Shown: positions 37,887 to 51,274 of the stretch, one piece after another | How positions within the stretch are numbered: the first letter of the stretch is position 1 | Layout of the letters: each line of letters opens with the position of its first letter | Assembly (NCBI GenBank): GCA_976551045.1 | Contig: CDPCPM010000033.1 | Location: 27,466,001 to 27,530,000, forward strand | Source: Glaucostegus cemiculus | Taxonomy: Eukaryota | Length of the DNA stretch: 64,000 nucleotides | Reading direction: 5' to 3' | Notes under the pieces: generated by a model | What the model was told of the DNA's origin: nothing | What the model saw: only the letters and a program-made list of their open reading frames with translations | The model's database searches: none | Program-made: the position numbers and the translations under genes

Positions 37887-38759
37887 CTTTAAAATAGTCA
37901 ATTTCAGACAAAACTATATCAAATACTTGCCCTTAGGCCATTTTATCATTGCAAAATACATAACATTAATCAGAAAGAAGCAATTAATATATAACACAAT
38001 TATTGTCACCATAATTTCTCAATTTGCATTACGGTTCTAGCATACGTAAAGTTATTATTGCATAATGGAATCTAGTTAATTAGAGGAATGACAATAAGCC
38101 CTCAGTTATATAGTGTTCTTGTGATTATTTTAAGGCTCAGGTCACCTGCCCCTGTAAAATTTAGGGAATAACAAACCTTTGTGGAATTGCAATAATACAG
38201 TCAAGACATTAACCAGAATTAACCTGTAAACGCAGATGATCCATTGAAATAGCTCGGCATGAGTATGAGTTCGAGATGGTAGGGAACAGGTGGGGAGGGG
38301 TGTTTTCTACTTGCTGCTGAATGGCAAGTTATCGGTATGCCATCACCAACATCATTCCATCTTAATCATGCTACAAATCACTGAGCACACAGTGGATGTC
38401 ATTTGGTACACAAATGTCATTTTCAGCACAGCTTTGTGGGCCGAAGGGCCTGAATTGTGCTGTATGTGTTCTATGTTCTATGAGACCTGTAGCACCTGGA
38501 CTACTTTGTCAAATTTTGATATACAAATAGTATAATTTTAATGGTTAATTAACCATAATGCAAATGAAAAAATTATGTAATGTACAAGGACAACAAAATA
38601 AAGTTTGACTGCACATACAAGAAATTAAAAGATCATAAGTTTTTAGGTGTTGAATATATCTGGGCATTGTTAACTTGAAGCCCATAAAAAAGAAATACTT
38701 TCGAAGACGATGATGATTATGCACAAGAAATAATTCTACTACAAAGCATTCTTTTGTAC

Positions 38760-38834
38760 CTTTTATTGTAGTAACTTTTTCTATTCTTGTAACTGATTTC
38801 ACTTCTTCCAGAGAAAACTCAGCAACCTCAGGAA
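38760..38834 (-). CDS. ttn: PEVK exon, 75-nt family (VPEVAEFSLEEVKSVTRIEKVTTIK)
   Basis: ttaaag/GTACAA. Confidence 0.85.
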
Positions 38835-39004
38835 CTTTAAAAAAACATGTAATTTATGGACAAAAGAATATCAAAAATGTGCGCTTACAACAAATGAACG
38901 TACCAATACACATTACATTATGTAGAAAGACACAACAAACATATACAGTATCGTGCTAATAACACCATAATTTCTCATTTTGCATTATGATCTTGGTATA
39001 AGAA

Positions 39005-39390
39005 AATAGAGACATAAGAACTAGAAGGAAGAATTGGCCCCCTGTGGCTGCTCTGCCTTTTGATAAAGTCATATCTGATCTATTACCTCAATGCTATGTC
39101 CTGCACTGACCATATATCCCTAAATTCCCTAAATATCTAAAAATCTATCAGCGACCAAGCCTTCTTTGTCCTCTTTGATCAAGGTTTCCAAAGATTCATC
39201 ACCCACTGAGGTGGTGGAACTTTGGAAACCTTGAAATTTCTATGCATCTCTGTCCTGAATAACCAGGCCATTATTTTAAGATTGTGACCCCTGGTCCTAA
39301 AAACTCCAACTGGGTGAAACATCAACCCCACATATATTCTGTCAAGCCCTGTAAGAATTTTGTACTATTGGCCCAATCTGCTTATTCTTA
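39005..39390 (-). mobile_element. Old CR1 3' fragment
   Basis: acataagaa tail and ttttaagattgtgacccctggtccta (RGHNLK-type motif on the minus strand). Confidence 0.6.
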
Positions 39391-40472
39391 GGAAGTCAGA
39401 AGTTTCCACATTGACCACATGACAGATATACCAGAACAAATGGAGAAGTGTAAGAGTTGAGTCAGGATGTCATTGCCAGAAGTATCTATACCAAAGATGC
39501 AAACACTGTTAAAATGGTCTAAGCATCCGAGAAAGCCTGTGCACAGATTGAAGCTGCAAGTGATGTATATTTGCAAAACACTCCTTCAAAAAAGGGAAAG
39601 CAGTTGGCCTATCATTATGTAAATGGGCTTCATGTACTTATGAGGGAATTACATAATCATTAACATGACATATCCAGCTATTGCCTTACAGAGCCCAATG
39701 AGTTAATGCAGAAGTAATTAGCAACCTCAATTTTGCAATGATCCTCTGAATATTTTAATGCTCAGCTCTAGACTAATCCAAGTGATTTGTTTGAAACATT
39801 GAAAAATCTTATCAGCACTAAAGATTGCTGCAACTCAAATCAATGATAGAAAACAGCAAGAGCTCATGGGATTGCAGTCAGAGCTAGAAGAAATTAATTT
39901 CAACTAACCTATAAGTAGTTGATGGTCCATTTGAATATATTTAGTGGGCTGGTAGGAGTGTGCATGAAATTCCTTTATGCTGCCTACATATGTAAATTAG
40001 CCATGCATGTTTATGAATTAATTAGCTGCAACACCAAGCTCCTAAGGAAAATGCAGTGTTAATGTGCAACGAAACTGATTGTTTCATGAGCTGGCAATGA
40101 AGCATTCCTCTACGGTGATGAATACACCATTACCAATATATTGCTCATGCATATCATACTACAAGTGATGGAGTAGAGTGCAGGTGTTATTTTGGTACCC
40201 AGATGTCACCCAGTAGCACCCAAGAATGGGCTAATTGACCCAATTTTTTTTCTGTATAACCGACCATAATGCAAGTATCAAAATTATTTCATGGGCAAAG
40301 GCAACAAAATATAACACAAATACAGAAACAAATTAATAAAAAAAACCTGGAAATATTTAATAATTATTGGGGCATTGGTTATCTGAAATGTTTAAAACAA
40401 AAATAATTTCCAAGATAATGGTATGATGTTCTTCCAAAGAAGTAATTCTGGTATAAAACTTTTGCCTTGTAC

Positions 40473-40547
40473 ATTTCAATGGAGCAACCGCTTCTTTTAG
40501 TGCAACTGGTTTCACTTCTTCAGCAACCAACTCAGGAATCTCAGGCA
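40473..40547 (-). CDS. ttn: PEVK exon, 75-nt family (VPEIPELVAEEVKPVALKEAVAPLK); last base T instead of G
   Basis: ttaaag acceptor, weak AAT/GTACAA donor. Confidence 0.7.
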
Positions 40548-41269
40548 CTTTAAGAGTTTAATTTTTTGGACAAAAGAATGTCAAAAGATGTTCATTTAGA
40601 AAATGTTAACACAGAAATGCACATAACATTAAACACAACAAGAGCAACAAATATGGGGCCCAATTTACCATCTTGTGTTAATCACACAATAATCTCATCT
40701 AAATTATTTTTTTGTTTTATATATAAGCTTATTTGCCTTATTAAATCTAGTAAATTTAATGGAGCAGCAAATAGCCAACTTGACTAAACAAAAAAAATGG
40801 GATATTTTAATTTTCAGTTATCAACCAATCTCTTTTTTTTTGCTTTAAGTCTCCTCTCCACATTTTCCAATTCTTCTAATTGTCCTGCAAGTCTTATTTT
40901 CTTTTGGACTGGTGTTTTTTATAACCACTTTCCAATAAGTCTACCATGTAACAGCACCATGCTTTTTGGACCATAACATTATGCTTATGATTGAATATGC
41001 TACTGATAACTCAACTGGCATGCTGGAAGAGTGAAAGTCTACTTTCTTGCCAACACTTAAAATCTCTTTTCAAAATGTCTTTACAAATGGTATTTCTGCA
41101 GATTTTAATTCTAGAAATAAAGCATCCCAGATTGATGGGTATTCAGAGCATTGTTCTCCAGTGGACAAATTTTCAGTCTGAATATTTACGGTTAGTGGTG
41201 TCATTCAAAAATTGAACACTTTTTATTAATAACCACATCTATATGCTATCATATGCTTGTATGCTTTTC

Positions 41270-41460
41270 TAATCTCTACTAATAAGCAACTGAAACATTT
41301 GTATATGATAACTACTGCCAGCTGCCACTAAGAAGGGACCATTAGCACAGAACACCATTGACATGATTACCATGGCAACTACTGACATTGCGTTTCCTGC
41401 TTTGCTACGAGAATGCAAGAGGACATTTTCAGTGAGGATGTTATTTCTGGAGTACATTTC
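41270..41460 (-). mobile_element. Harbinger transposase relic (N-terminal part); homologous relics at about 43020-43300 and 46420-47090
   Basis: LHSRSKAGNAMSVVAMVIMSMVFCANGPFLVAAG; LQSRIREALAVAIKVIRA; LPVAIKVTIV..SSFQTAAGNSS. Confidence 0.7.
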
Positions 41461-42112
41461 CTAGCCAAGTTTGCCTTTTATGGGTTCGTGTTTAAACTTC
41501 CAATCATGCTGCCCTGCAAAAGGGATATTTATTATTGCACCAAATGCATGGGAGAAATTAGTTAGTACAGATACCATAGTAAGTGGTCCTTCTACACCTG
41601 CTGCACCCTGTGTACTTGTAATCTGAATTGTCTCCACAAAGTACCAAATACTTGTAAAATTGCAGTTCATGCAATAAAATATTGACCTAAATTAACCCAT
41701 ATGTAATGGATGATTCCTTTAAATGACTAAGGTTAGTTTAAGCAAAGTGGGATCCACCTCCTACTTGTCTTGCACATATTCAGCCACATGGGTTTAAGAT
41801 GTGGTATTATCTGGTAAGTTGAGCTCCAAGATAGCAGTGTAGTTGTCCAAACAACATTTCACATTGATTGATTCAATGAGATGCCTTCTAGGCATAAATT
41901 TGCGGGCAATCAGTGCACTATCATTAATACAGTATTAGAATAGCACAAATGCACAAAGAAAGAAATAAAGCAACACATTGTAAAACAAAACATATAGCAA
42001 AGCACAGGCAATTTCAGGCCTCTAAAACATAAAATAGCTTCCAAGATAATGAGAAGATAAACACACTATATATTGAAATAATTATTCAAGAAGAAAGCAT
42101 GTGCCTTTGTAC

Positions 42113-42187
42113 CTTTAACTGGGACAATCTTTTCTTTTCGTGTAATTGGTTTCATTTCTTCAGTAACAAATTCTGCAACCTCAGTCA
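42113..42187 (-). CDS. ttn: PEVK exon, 75-nt family (VTEVAEFVTEEMKPITRKEKIVPVK)
   Basis: ttaaag/GTACAA. Confidence 0.85.
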
Positions 42188-44197
42188 CTTTAAGAGATTT
42201 AATTTTGGGACAAAACGTATCAGACATAAATTTACATTTTAACATAGCAATACAGATAACATTAAACAGAAAACAACCGATATATGACATGATCTACTAT
42301 CTTAAGCAGATCATTCAATAAGCTCTCATCTGTATCATAGTTTTGGTGTATATAAATTTATGACTGCTTTATGGAGCTTAAATAATTACCAGAGAAGCAA
42401 TAAACCACTTCAATTACAAATTATTAGGATATTCTGATGTTTACTCTCAATTAATCTGTTATTTTTTCTCTATTTCTCCAAATTGTCCATAAATTTGGCA
42501 CCATTGCTATTATAAATTTTATGGGCAGAACTCAGGCCCCATAAACAACCCTCAATATTGATCATAAAATTACTTTCCAAGCAAGCAGGCTTGAAGCAGC
42601 TCCTAAGTTGTGTTGGTGATAACTAAACTGGTGGGTTAGAAGGCAGAAAGATATTTCTGTTGAACAATATTGCAAATCTCTTTCATATACAATGATACAT
42701 ATAATTAACTGAGCAGCGTAAAGATATGGTGTGAGTGTATGAGCCTGCTCTGGCCCCTGATAACCAATGGAAGAATTTGAAATGTATTAAGATTTACTAT
42801 TGCAGGCTCTCAACCCAAAATATTGACTATCCCTCTACCTCCAGAGATGCTGCCTAACCTGTTGAGTTCCTCCATTAGTTGTATTTTTGCTCCAGATTCC
42901 AGCATTTGCAGTTTTTTTTCGCATCCTCAAGATTTACTGTAGTCAGTTTTAGGAAGCAAAGCTAAATGCCTACATACACATCTGTATATTCTCATCATAT
43001 ATATTTTGCTAATGTTTAGTGATAAGTAAATGAAATATAAGCATGTCAATACTGCAAACTACAGTCTGGAAGGAATGTAAAGTTTCTTTGCCCTGATTAC
43101 CTTGATAGCTACTGCCAATGCTTCCCTTATCCTGCTTTGAAGGTAGCTCTAACAGGTAGAGAACCTTAAGGAATCAAATGGTTAATTGCTAAAGTTCATG
43201 TAGCTGATTAGGCCACTGAAAAGGAGAGATGGCCTCCTGCTGGGTGCTCCTTCTCTCCTTCCTCGTCCTCCCTCTTCCAACAGGTTGTCCTCTGCATGCT
43301 AAATTGCAATGGGATAAACTATTTATACATCCATGCTAGGAGCAATTAACTCTTGCAAACATTGGAAGACAGCACCAAGTATTTCAGTGCATGATGCTCA
43401 ATTCTCTGTATACTTCTAAAATGCTAGCCAACTCTAATTGCTTGCAAAATAAGATAGAGGGCTATGGGTAAGCCTAGTAGTTTCTAGTGTAGGGATATGT
43501 TCGGCACAGCTTTGTGGGCCGAAGAGCCTGAATTGTGCTGTAGGTGTTCTATGTTCTATGTTCTAACTCAAGATAGCAACAATTACTGGAATTACAGTAT
43601 CAGCCAGAAGAAATCACCCAATAATCTGTAGGTACTCATTGATCCCTTTAATCTGCTGAGTATGGGTCTGTCAAGGATGAAGTACGATATGGGTAGAAAT
43701 GTCCTTTCCTGCTACTTGATGTTTGCTCAAATGCCTTTAAAAATATAAGTTAGTCAATTCAATGAGCACTAAATTGGCAGTGCTGGTGTCATATCAGATT
43801 CGCACACTGATCGATTTCAAGAACTGTCTGCATACTCTTGCTGGCGTTCATAATATTGTGCTTGCCATGTTTATATCACTGGTATGTGTGAGCAGTGCAA
43901 GGCCATTTGATGTAAACATTTTATCTACAGCATCCAAACAATGATCACACCTGAGTCAAATTTTACTCCATATGTTCCGAAGCAACAACGTTATTTCCAA
44001 TTACAAAGACAGCACAAGACACATAAAACAGCACAAATTTACAAGTAAATTTTAAAACAACCCCCACCAAGAAATAAGATTAATGGATAGAAAGGCAGTA
44101 AGTCTTTACAACAAAAATACTTTCAAGATAATGACAAGGTAAATAAAATATTTATTCAAAGAATAATTCTGATATAAACATGTGTTTTCTTCTGTAC

Positions 44198-44272
44198 CTT
44201 TTATTGAAGCAACCTTTTCTTTTTGTATAACTGGCTTCGCTTCTTCAGGAATAAACTCAGGAATGCCAGACA
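44198..44272 (-). CDS. ttn: PEVK exon, 75-nt family (VSGIPEFIPEEAKPVIQKEKVASIK)
   Basis: ttaaag/GTACAG. Confidence 0.85.
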
Positions 44273-44613
44273 CTTTAAGAAATTTAATTTTTTGAAAAGA
44301 ACATCAAAAGATGTGCACATTTAACAACTTAAACAATACACATAAAACTAAACATGAAAGCTGCAACTGAGACATGACATACTAATAACAACATAGTTTC
44401 TCATTTTGGATAATGGCTCTGGTATACGTAAAGTTATTATTGTCTTATGAAGCCCAAATAATTCATGAGAGCTGCAATGAGCCATGTCATCACACAATGA
44501 TTCTCTGAATATTTCAATGTTCAGTTCTGGACAACCTGATCTGGCTTTCTCTTGTAAATCTTTCTGATGTAAATCTCACCATTCCCTGAAGACCTGCAAT
44601 ATTAATCAAACGC

Positions 44614-45041
44614 AAGGGACTGAGTTATGAAGAGAGGTTGAGCAGGTTGGGGCTTTATTTATTGGAACATAGGAGAATGAGGGGTGATCTTATACAGATG
44701 TATAAAATCATGAGGGGCCTAGGTAAGGTGAATGGACACAGTCTTTTTTCCCCAGGGTTGGGGAATCAAGAACTAGATGGCATAGGTTTAAGGTAAGAGG
44801 GGAGAGATTTAATAGGAACCTGAGGGGCAACTTTTTCACCTAGACAGCAGTCAGAATATGGAAGAGGAAGAGGTTGAGGTAGGTACATTAACAACATTTA
44901 AGGGGCACATGGACAGGTACATGGATAGCAAAGGTTTAGAGGGTATGGACCAAATGCATGCAAGTGACTAGCTTAACTGGGAATCTTGGTTGGTGTGGAC
45001 CAGTTGGGCCGAAGGGCATGTTTCTGTGCTTTATGACTCTA
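44614..45041 (+). mobile_element. CR1-clade LINE 3' end
   Basis: LSYEERLSRLGLYLLEHRRMRGDLIQMYKIMRG and tgggccgaaggg tail. Confidence 0.9.
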
Positions 45042-45648
45042 ACCAGTGTGAATTAAACACTTATTATTCACTGCAATTGTAAACTGAAAATAACCCAAAC
45101 TAATTTACAAGATGTGAATGATTTGTTTAAATACAATGATCAGACATATGGGATGACTTAAGGTGAGGGTGGGGTGAGGTGGATGGTGAAAACCATGTTC
45201 ATTTTGCTGCGTAATGCTTGGTCAGCCACTCATGTGTGTCCCAATTGGGGCACTGAACTCTGAAACACAAGTGCTGGTGCTTAATTATTATTGGAGAAAT
45301 TGATTAATGTGTTGAACTAGGCATACTTCAGGGCAAAATCATCATTATGGCCTTTGATGTAGAGTGCACCAGATGTCATTTTGGACTAAGTGCCAAAAGA
45401 ATGGGTTCTGCTTTAGCTAATTTTTGCACTGCATGTTTTTAATCATCTTATAGCCATAATACGAATACTGAAATTATTTTGTACAAGGACACACACTACA
45501 TTAGCAGAATAACACAAGCACGAAATTAAAACAGTAAATATTGGCAGCAAATAATTGAATGTGAAAGAGTTTTGTTACTGTGAAGCTTAAAATGCTTCCA
45601 AGATAATCCAAAGAAAAATTCCAAAGCAAAACATGTCTGCTTTTATAC

Positions 45649-45723
45649 CTTTGATTGGAGCAACTTTTTCTTTTTCTGTAACTGGCTTCACTTCTTCAGA
45701 AACAAACTTGGCAACTTCAGGCA
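45649..45723 (-). CDS. ttn: PEVK exon, 75-nt family (VPEVAKFVSEEVKPVTEKEKVAPIK)
   Basis: tttaag/GTATAA. Confidence 0.88.
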
Positions 45724-46529
45724 CTTAAAGAAATTTGTTTTTGATTAAAAATATCAAAGATGTGAATGGAGTATTTTACAATACACATAAATCACAAAAG
45801 AAGCAACAGATATATAACATAGTTTATCCTCTTGTACCAATCACACAATAATCTTTCACTTTATATTATGTTTCTGGTACATATAAAATTAAGCTATTTA
45901 ATTAATAAAGCAACACTGAGCCAACTTGATTACACATTAATCATTAGGAGAGTTTAATATTCATTCTCATTCAACCCATGTTGTTTTTCCTGTCATACTT
46001 TTCCACAAATACTCATATTACTACAAATATAATTTCTTATGGATAGAACTAAACTCAATTATAGTCCCTGCTGTCATTGCATAATTTTCAGATAAGAAGG
46101 GTTTTTGCTGTCGTGGTTTGTTTACTTTAGTCTGAACAGAATTGTCCTGTTAGGAAGCAAAAATATATGTTTGTTACAACATGCAAAATATTTTTATGCA
46201 ATGTCTGTAAATATTGCAAATTTTACCATATTATAAAGTTTAGCTCCAAATATAATAAGTAGCAGGGTTTGGGTACTTGTAGACTTAATTGGTAAGAGGT
46301 GAATTTGTAATCTCTAATTTCCTGTTGGTGGTTTTAGACACCAAAGTGCAGATGAAAAAACAATGTCAATTACTAATTTCTACAATATACTGCCATGTGT
46401 TTCTACAAGTAGATGTAATTGAAAAATATTTGCAGATAAGTAACCAAAACAGATAGTCTTAGAACTATTTCCAGCTGCAGTTTGGAAGGAGCTCAAAAGC
46501 ATATAACTATGGTCACTTTGATAGCCACT

Positions 46530-46920
46530 GGCAATATGAACAAAAGATACAGAAGCAGGAGTAGGCCATTCAGCCTTTTGTACCTGCTCCATTTTTCCTG
46601 CACAAAGCAAATATTCTTGATTCTCTTAATCTGTAAAAATCAATCAATCTCTCTCCCGGATAAATTCAGCAGCTGAGCTTCCATTCTTGGGCAGGGAGTT
46701 CTGAAGATTCTGAAGAAGTGTCTTCTCAAGTCTGTCCTGAATGATCAACAATTTAATTTGAAACCATAACTCCTGATTCTAGACACCCTAACTAAGGGAA
46801 ATATCATCTGAACATCTATTCTGTCAAGTCTACATAAAATTTGTGAATTCATCCATATCACCTCTCCTTTTTCTGGGAATAGGCCAAATCCATTTAACAA
46901 ACTGCCATTCCTAAAAAAAC
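46530..46920 (-). mobile_element. Old CR1 3' fragment splitting a Harbinger relic
   Basis: gcaggagtaggccattcagcc tail; the transposase relic continues on both sides. Confidence 0.6.
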
Positions 46921-47790
46921 AATCATTGTGGTTCTTACCCTGTTCTGAAGGTGCAGTTGATAAGAGATACAGTTAGGGGAACTGAAGTCTGGGACACTTG
47001 CCAGTTGTGGTTAACTTTGACAACCCTTCTCACCCTCCTTATTCTCCTCCTCCAACAGCTTACCCTGCTCTGCATGCTCTCAGCATATTTTTCAGTCAAG
47101 TTGTATAACATGTCAAGTGCCCTACATCTCATCTGGAGCAACTGGTTTTGCAGTATCCTGAAAATCAGTTTCTAAAACAAGAAATCATTTACCAACTAAG
47201 CAGGAAGTACTGGATAATTGCTCATTTGAAAATAAGGGGTGGGGGGTGTGGGGAGGAGGGTTTAGGATATGCCATTCCTATGCTAATGCTTGTTCAATCA
47301 TTTGTATTTAAGGGTGCACATTATTTAGAGCAATGAGCTCCAAAGTAGAATCCTTGTGTCCCATCAGCATTCTGGACTGCTTGGTATATGATTTGCCTAT
47401 TTTACATACTTTCAGTTAGGGTTCAGTGCATCTTCATTAATATGGTGATTGGTGCAAGTCACATCACAAGTAGGTATGTATAAGACTGATGCTATTTTGA
47501 TACACAAGTACCACCCATAACATCCAAACAATGGTCACTATCAAGACCTTTAATAAATAACTTCAGTATTAAAATTATTTCTGTTACAAAGACAACACAC
47601 TACAGTAACAGAGTAGCTCAAATGCTCAAGCAAACAATTACAACACATAACATAAAATAAGATTAACAGGAGGCAGAGCAGTGCCAATCTGAAACCTCTG
47701 AAACAAAAATATTCTTCAAGACAATGACTACATAAATTCACTATAATCCTAAGAATAATTCTATGATAAAACATTTTCTTTCTTTTGTAC

Positions 47791-47865
47791 CTTTCATTGG
47801 AATAGCCTTTTCTTTTCGTGTAACTGGTTTCACTTCTTCAGGAACAAACTTTGGAACCTCAGGCA
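47791..47865 (-). CDS. ttn: PEVK exon, 75-nt family (VPEVPKFVPEEVKPVTRKEKAIPMK)
   Basis: tttaag/GTACAA. Confidence 0.88.
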
Positions 47866-48529
47866 CTTAAAGAAATTTAAATTTAGAGAAAAGATTGCTA
47901 ATGATGCAATAACATGGGAATACACATAACATTAAGCACAAAAGGAAGTCTACCATTTTGTGCTAAATATCACAATAATAGCTTGAATCTTGGTTCTGAT
48001 GTATACAAAGCTATAATTGGTTTGCAAAACCTTGTTTGTTAATGAAGCAGTTATAATCCACCTCAATTATACATCAATCCTTGGGACATAGCCTGTTTGA
48101 TTGTTTTGCTACCCATCACTTCTGATAGCTCTACATACATGGTTTTTAAGGACATTCACAGCCTCCATATACGTTCTCTGGTGTGCTCAGAACTACTTTC
48201 CAATAATCCTAGCTTGTAGTTCTCCATGCTGTTGGAACAGAATGGTTCTGTTTATGTCAAGATATATTTGTGCCAACTGAACTAGCAAGTGGGAGCAGAA
48301 AAAAATGTTCCTAACTTAAAATCACTTTTCAACACAATAATATAAAATAAATGGTTTAGTTTAGTGTATTATATGTAGCAAGGTGATCTCAGACTTGTTC
48401 CGCAAAAGATGCATTGAAATGTCTTAAGATCTGCTCCACAGATGCTGTCTGACCTGCTAAGTGTTTCCATGTTTTCCATTTCTCATTCAGATTTCAAGTA
48501 ACTGCAGTCTTGCTTCAATTCATGTGCTC

Positions 48530-50230
48530 AAACTTTGTTCATTAAGCTCCTGTGTGAGATCTTACTGAAAGCTTCTAAAAAGTCATATACTCCATATCCA
48601 CTGAATCTCCCTCGTCCACTTTACCAAATACATCCCCAAAAAAATTCCTATAGGTTAGACTTGCATGGTTTTCCTTTCATAAATCCATGCTCAGTCTACT
48701 CATTCATAATATTATTTTCTAAGTATTTTGATATCACCTCATTTATTATAGATTCAAGAATCTTCCTAACTAATGTTGCTGGGCTAACAGGTCAGTAGTT
48801 CCCTGTTTTCTCTTGCCCTCCTTGTTTAAATAGCAGAGTCGTGTTTGCTACCCTCCAACCTGCAAGAACCAATGCAGAATCTATAGAATTTTCGAAGATA
48901 ACCAGAGCACCATATCTCCATGGCTGGCTTTTTCAAAACTCTAGGATTTAGATAATCAGATTCTTGGGATTTATCAGTTTTAAAACTCATTGTTATCTAG
49001 TAGTATTTCTTTACTTATTTCTTTCACTTCCTTATGTGTATTGGACTCTTGGTTCCTCAATATTTCTGTGAGTTTTTATTGTGTCTTCATCCATGATGAC
49101 AGCCAATAAATATTTGTTTAATTCCACTGCCATTTCCTTGTTCTCCATTATAAATTCTCCCTTTTCTTTCCAAAAAGGACCAACAATTGCCCTCACTTTC
49201 TCTCAACTTCAATATTCTATTTTCCTTTTCTTTATCAAATTCTTGGTCATCCTTTTCTAAATTCTAAAGCACTCTCTACCCTCAGGCTTACTGCTCTTTC
49301 TAGCAACTTTACAAGTTCTTTCCTGAAATATAATGACATCCTTAACTTCTTCTGCAATCCATTTTGTGTTGTCTTATTTTGCATTAATGTATATCTTTGC
49401 AAACTATGCATTTTTTAAATGCTAGTCATACTCTTTAATAGTTTCCTAATCTATCATAGCCAACTTGGCCCCAATCCCTTCTTATTATGGTCTGGTATGG
49501 CAATATCAATGCACAGGAATGCAAGAGGCTTCAGAGAATTGTGGACACAGCCTTCCCCACCACTGACAGCATCTACAGGAGGCACTACCTTAAGAAGGGG
49601 GGAATCTATCATCAAGGATCTCCACCATCTGAGTTATGCCCTCTTCTCACTGCTGATGTCAGGCAGGAGGTACAGAAGCCTGAAGTCCCACACCACCAGG
49701 TTCAGGAACAGCTACTCTCCTACAACCAACAGGTTCTTGAACCAGCCTGCGCAACCCTAATCCTACCTCAGCAACAGAGCACTACAGACTACCTCTTGCC
49801 CTACCATGGACTTGTCTCTGATTGTGTCTTTATTTTTTCCACTAAGATCTTGTTTTTTAACTCTCTCTTTTCACTGCCTTGTATAATTTATGTATACTTT
49901 ATATTTTGTGTGTTGTCTGTACCTACATGCCTGTGATGCAGCTGCAAGCAAGTTTTTAATTGTACCTGTATTTCACTGTACTTGTGCACGTGATAATAAA
50001 CTCAGCTTGAATAAACCTGTTGCACAATACTAGGTCTAAAATAGTCTGTTGCTTGGTTGGCCCCCAGCATTTTGTCATAGAAGCTCATTGTGCATACATC
50101 CCAGGAATTCATCATTGTTAAGACTAATTTGATTTGCCCAGCCTACATGTAGATTAAAGGTCTCCATGATTGCTATATTACATGCATCTTTCATTTCCTC
50201 AGTAATACTATGCACAAATATCCATTGCTG
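48530..50230 (-). mobile_element. Decayed CR1-clade LINE ORF2, interrupted by a Rex1 element
   Basis: cctttcataaatccatgct (QHGF motif) and ctaacaggtcagtagttccc (GNYxPVSL motif) on the minus strand. Confidence 0.7.
49485..50010 (+). mobile_element. Rex1/Babar-type LINE 3' fragment
   Basis: VWYGNINAQECKRLQRIVDTA and IIKDLHHLSYALFSLLMSGRRYRSLKSHTTRFRNS. Confidence 0.88.
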
Positions 50231-51199
50231 TGATGGGCCTGGCATCCAGTCCTTGCCTGTTATGAGAGTGCAGGTGAGATAACTACTTCCATAAATGCCC
50301 CAGGGAGATATGGCTTCCTTCTGAGAACTCTTCTTCCTCACTCCTCCATTAGCCCGCTGCTAAATTTTCCATGCCGACTATATTGCAAGGAAAATGCCCA
50401 CTTGCAACCAAGTCTAGGAGCAACCAATGCATGCAGAAATTTAACACTGTGGATCTGCAATTTAAACCAATTCTAGAGAGCACCAAATAATTGTAGATTT
50501 ACGATAATCATAACAATGTATCAGCTCAAACTAATGTACCAAAGGTAGATAATTACTTCAAATGGAGACACGAGACTGCAGATGCTGGAATCTAGAGCAA
50601 CACACAAGATGCTGGAAGAAATCAGCAGGTCCAGCAACATCTGTGGAGTGAAATGAAAGTCGGCGATTTGGGTTGAGAGCCTTCATCTGGACTGGATTAC
50701 TTTAAATAGTCCTGTTTGGAGTTGGATGTGGGAATGAGCCATGGAGGCATGGGTGGTGAGAGAACTTTCCTTCCTGTACTTCACATGTTCAGCTGCAGGT
50801 GTCTAAGATTAAAGTTGGTTGGAGCATTAAGCTCCAAAAACTGCATTGCTGGTGTTCATCATCACTACAACATCGGTTACCCCAATGACCTACTTCTCTG
50901 GCATATTTCAGTGTGCTAATTTAGCAATCAGGACAATTTCAATGCAAGACTGCAATTGTCAGTTTGGTACATAAAAGTCATGTATAGCATCAAACAACAA
51001 CTACCAAACTCAATTTTATGTCAGAGATTTTTGGTTTCAAGAAGGACAGGTTGATACAGTACAAATTGCACACATGCACAAACAAAAGACAAAGAAGAAG
51101 ACCGCCTAAAAAAAAATTACTTTCCAAGATAATTCCATGATGATAGTATCATTTATCAAAAAAATAACTGTAGTGTGAAATGTGTGTCTTCTTTTGTAC

Positions 51200-51274
51200 C
51201 TTTCATTGGAGCAACCTTTTCTTCTGGCGTAACTGGTTTCGTTTCTTCAAGAACAAACTCAGGAATCTCAGGCA
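51200..51274 (-). CDS. ttn: PEVK exon, 75-nt family (VPEIPEFVLEETKPVTPEEKVAPMK)
   Basis: ttaaag/GTACAA, phase 1-1. Confidence 0.88.
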
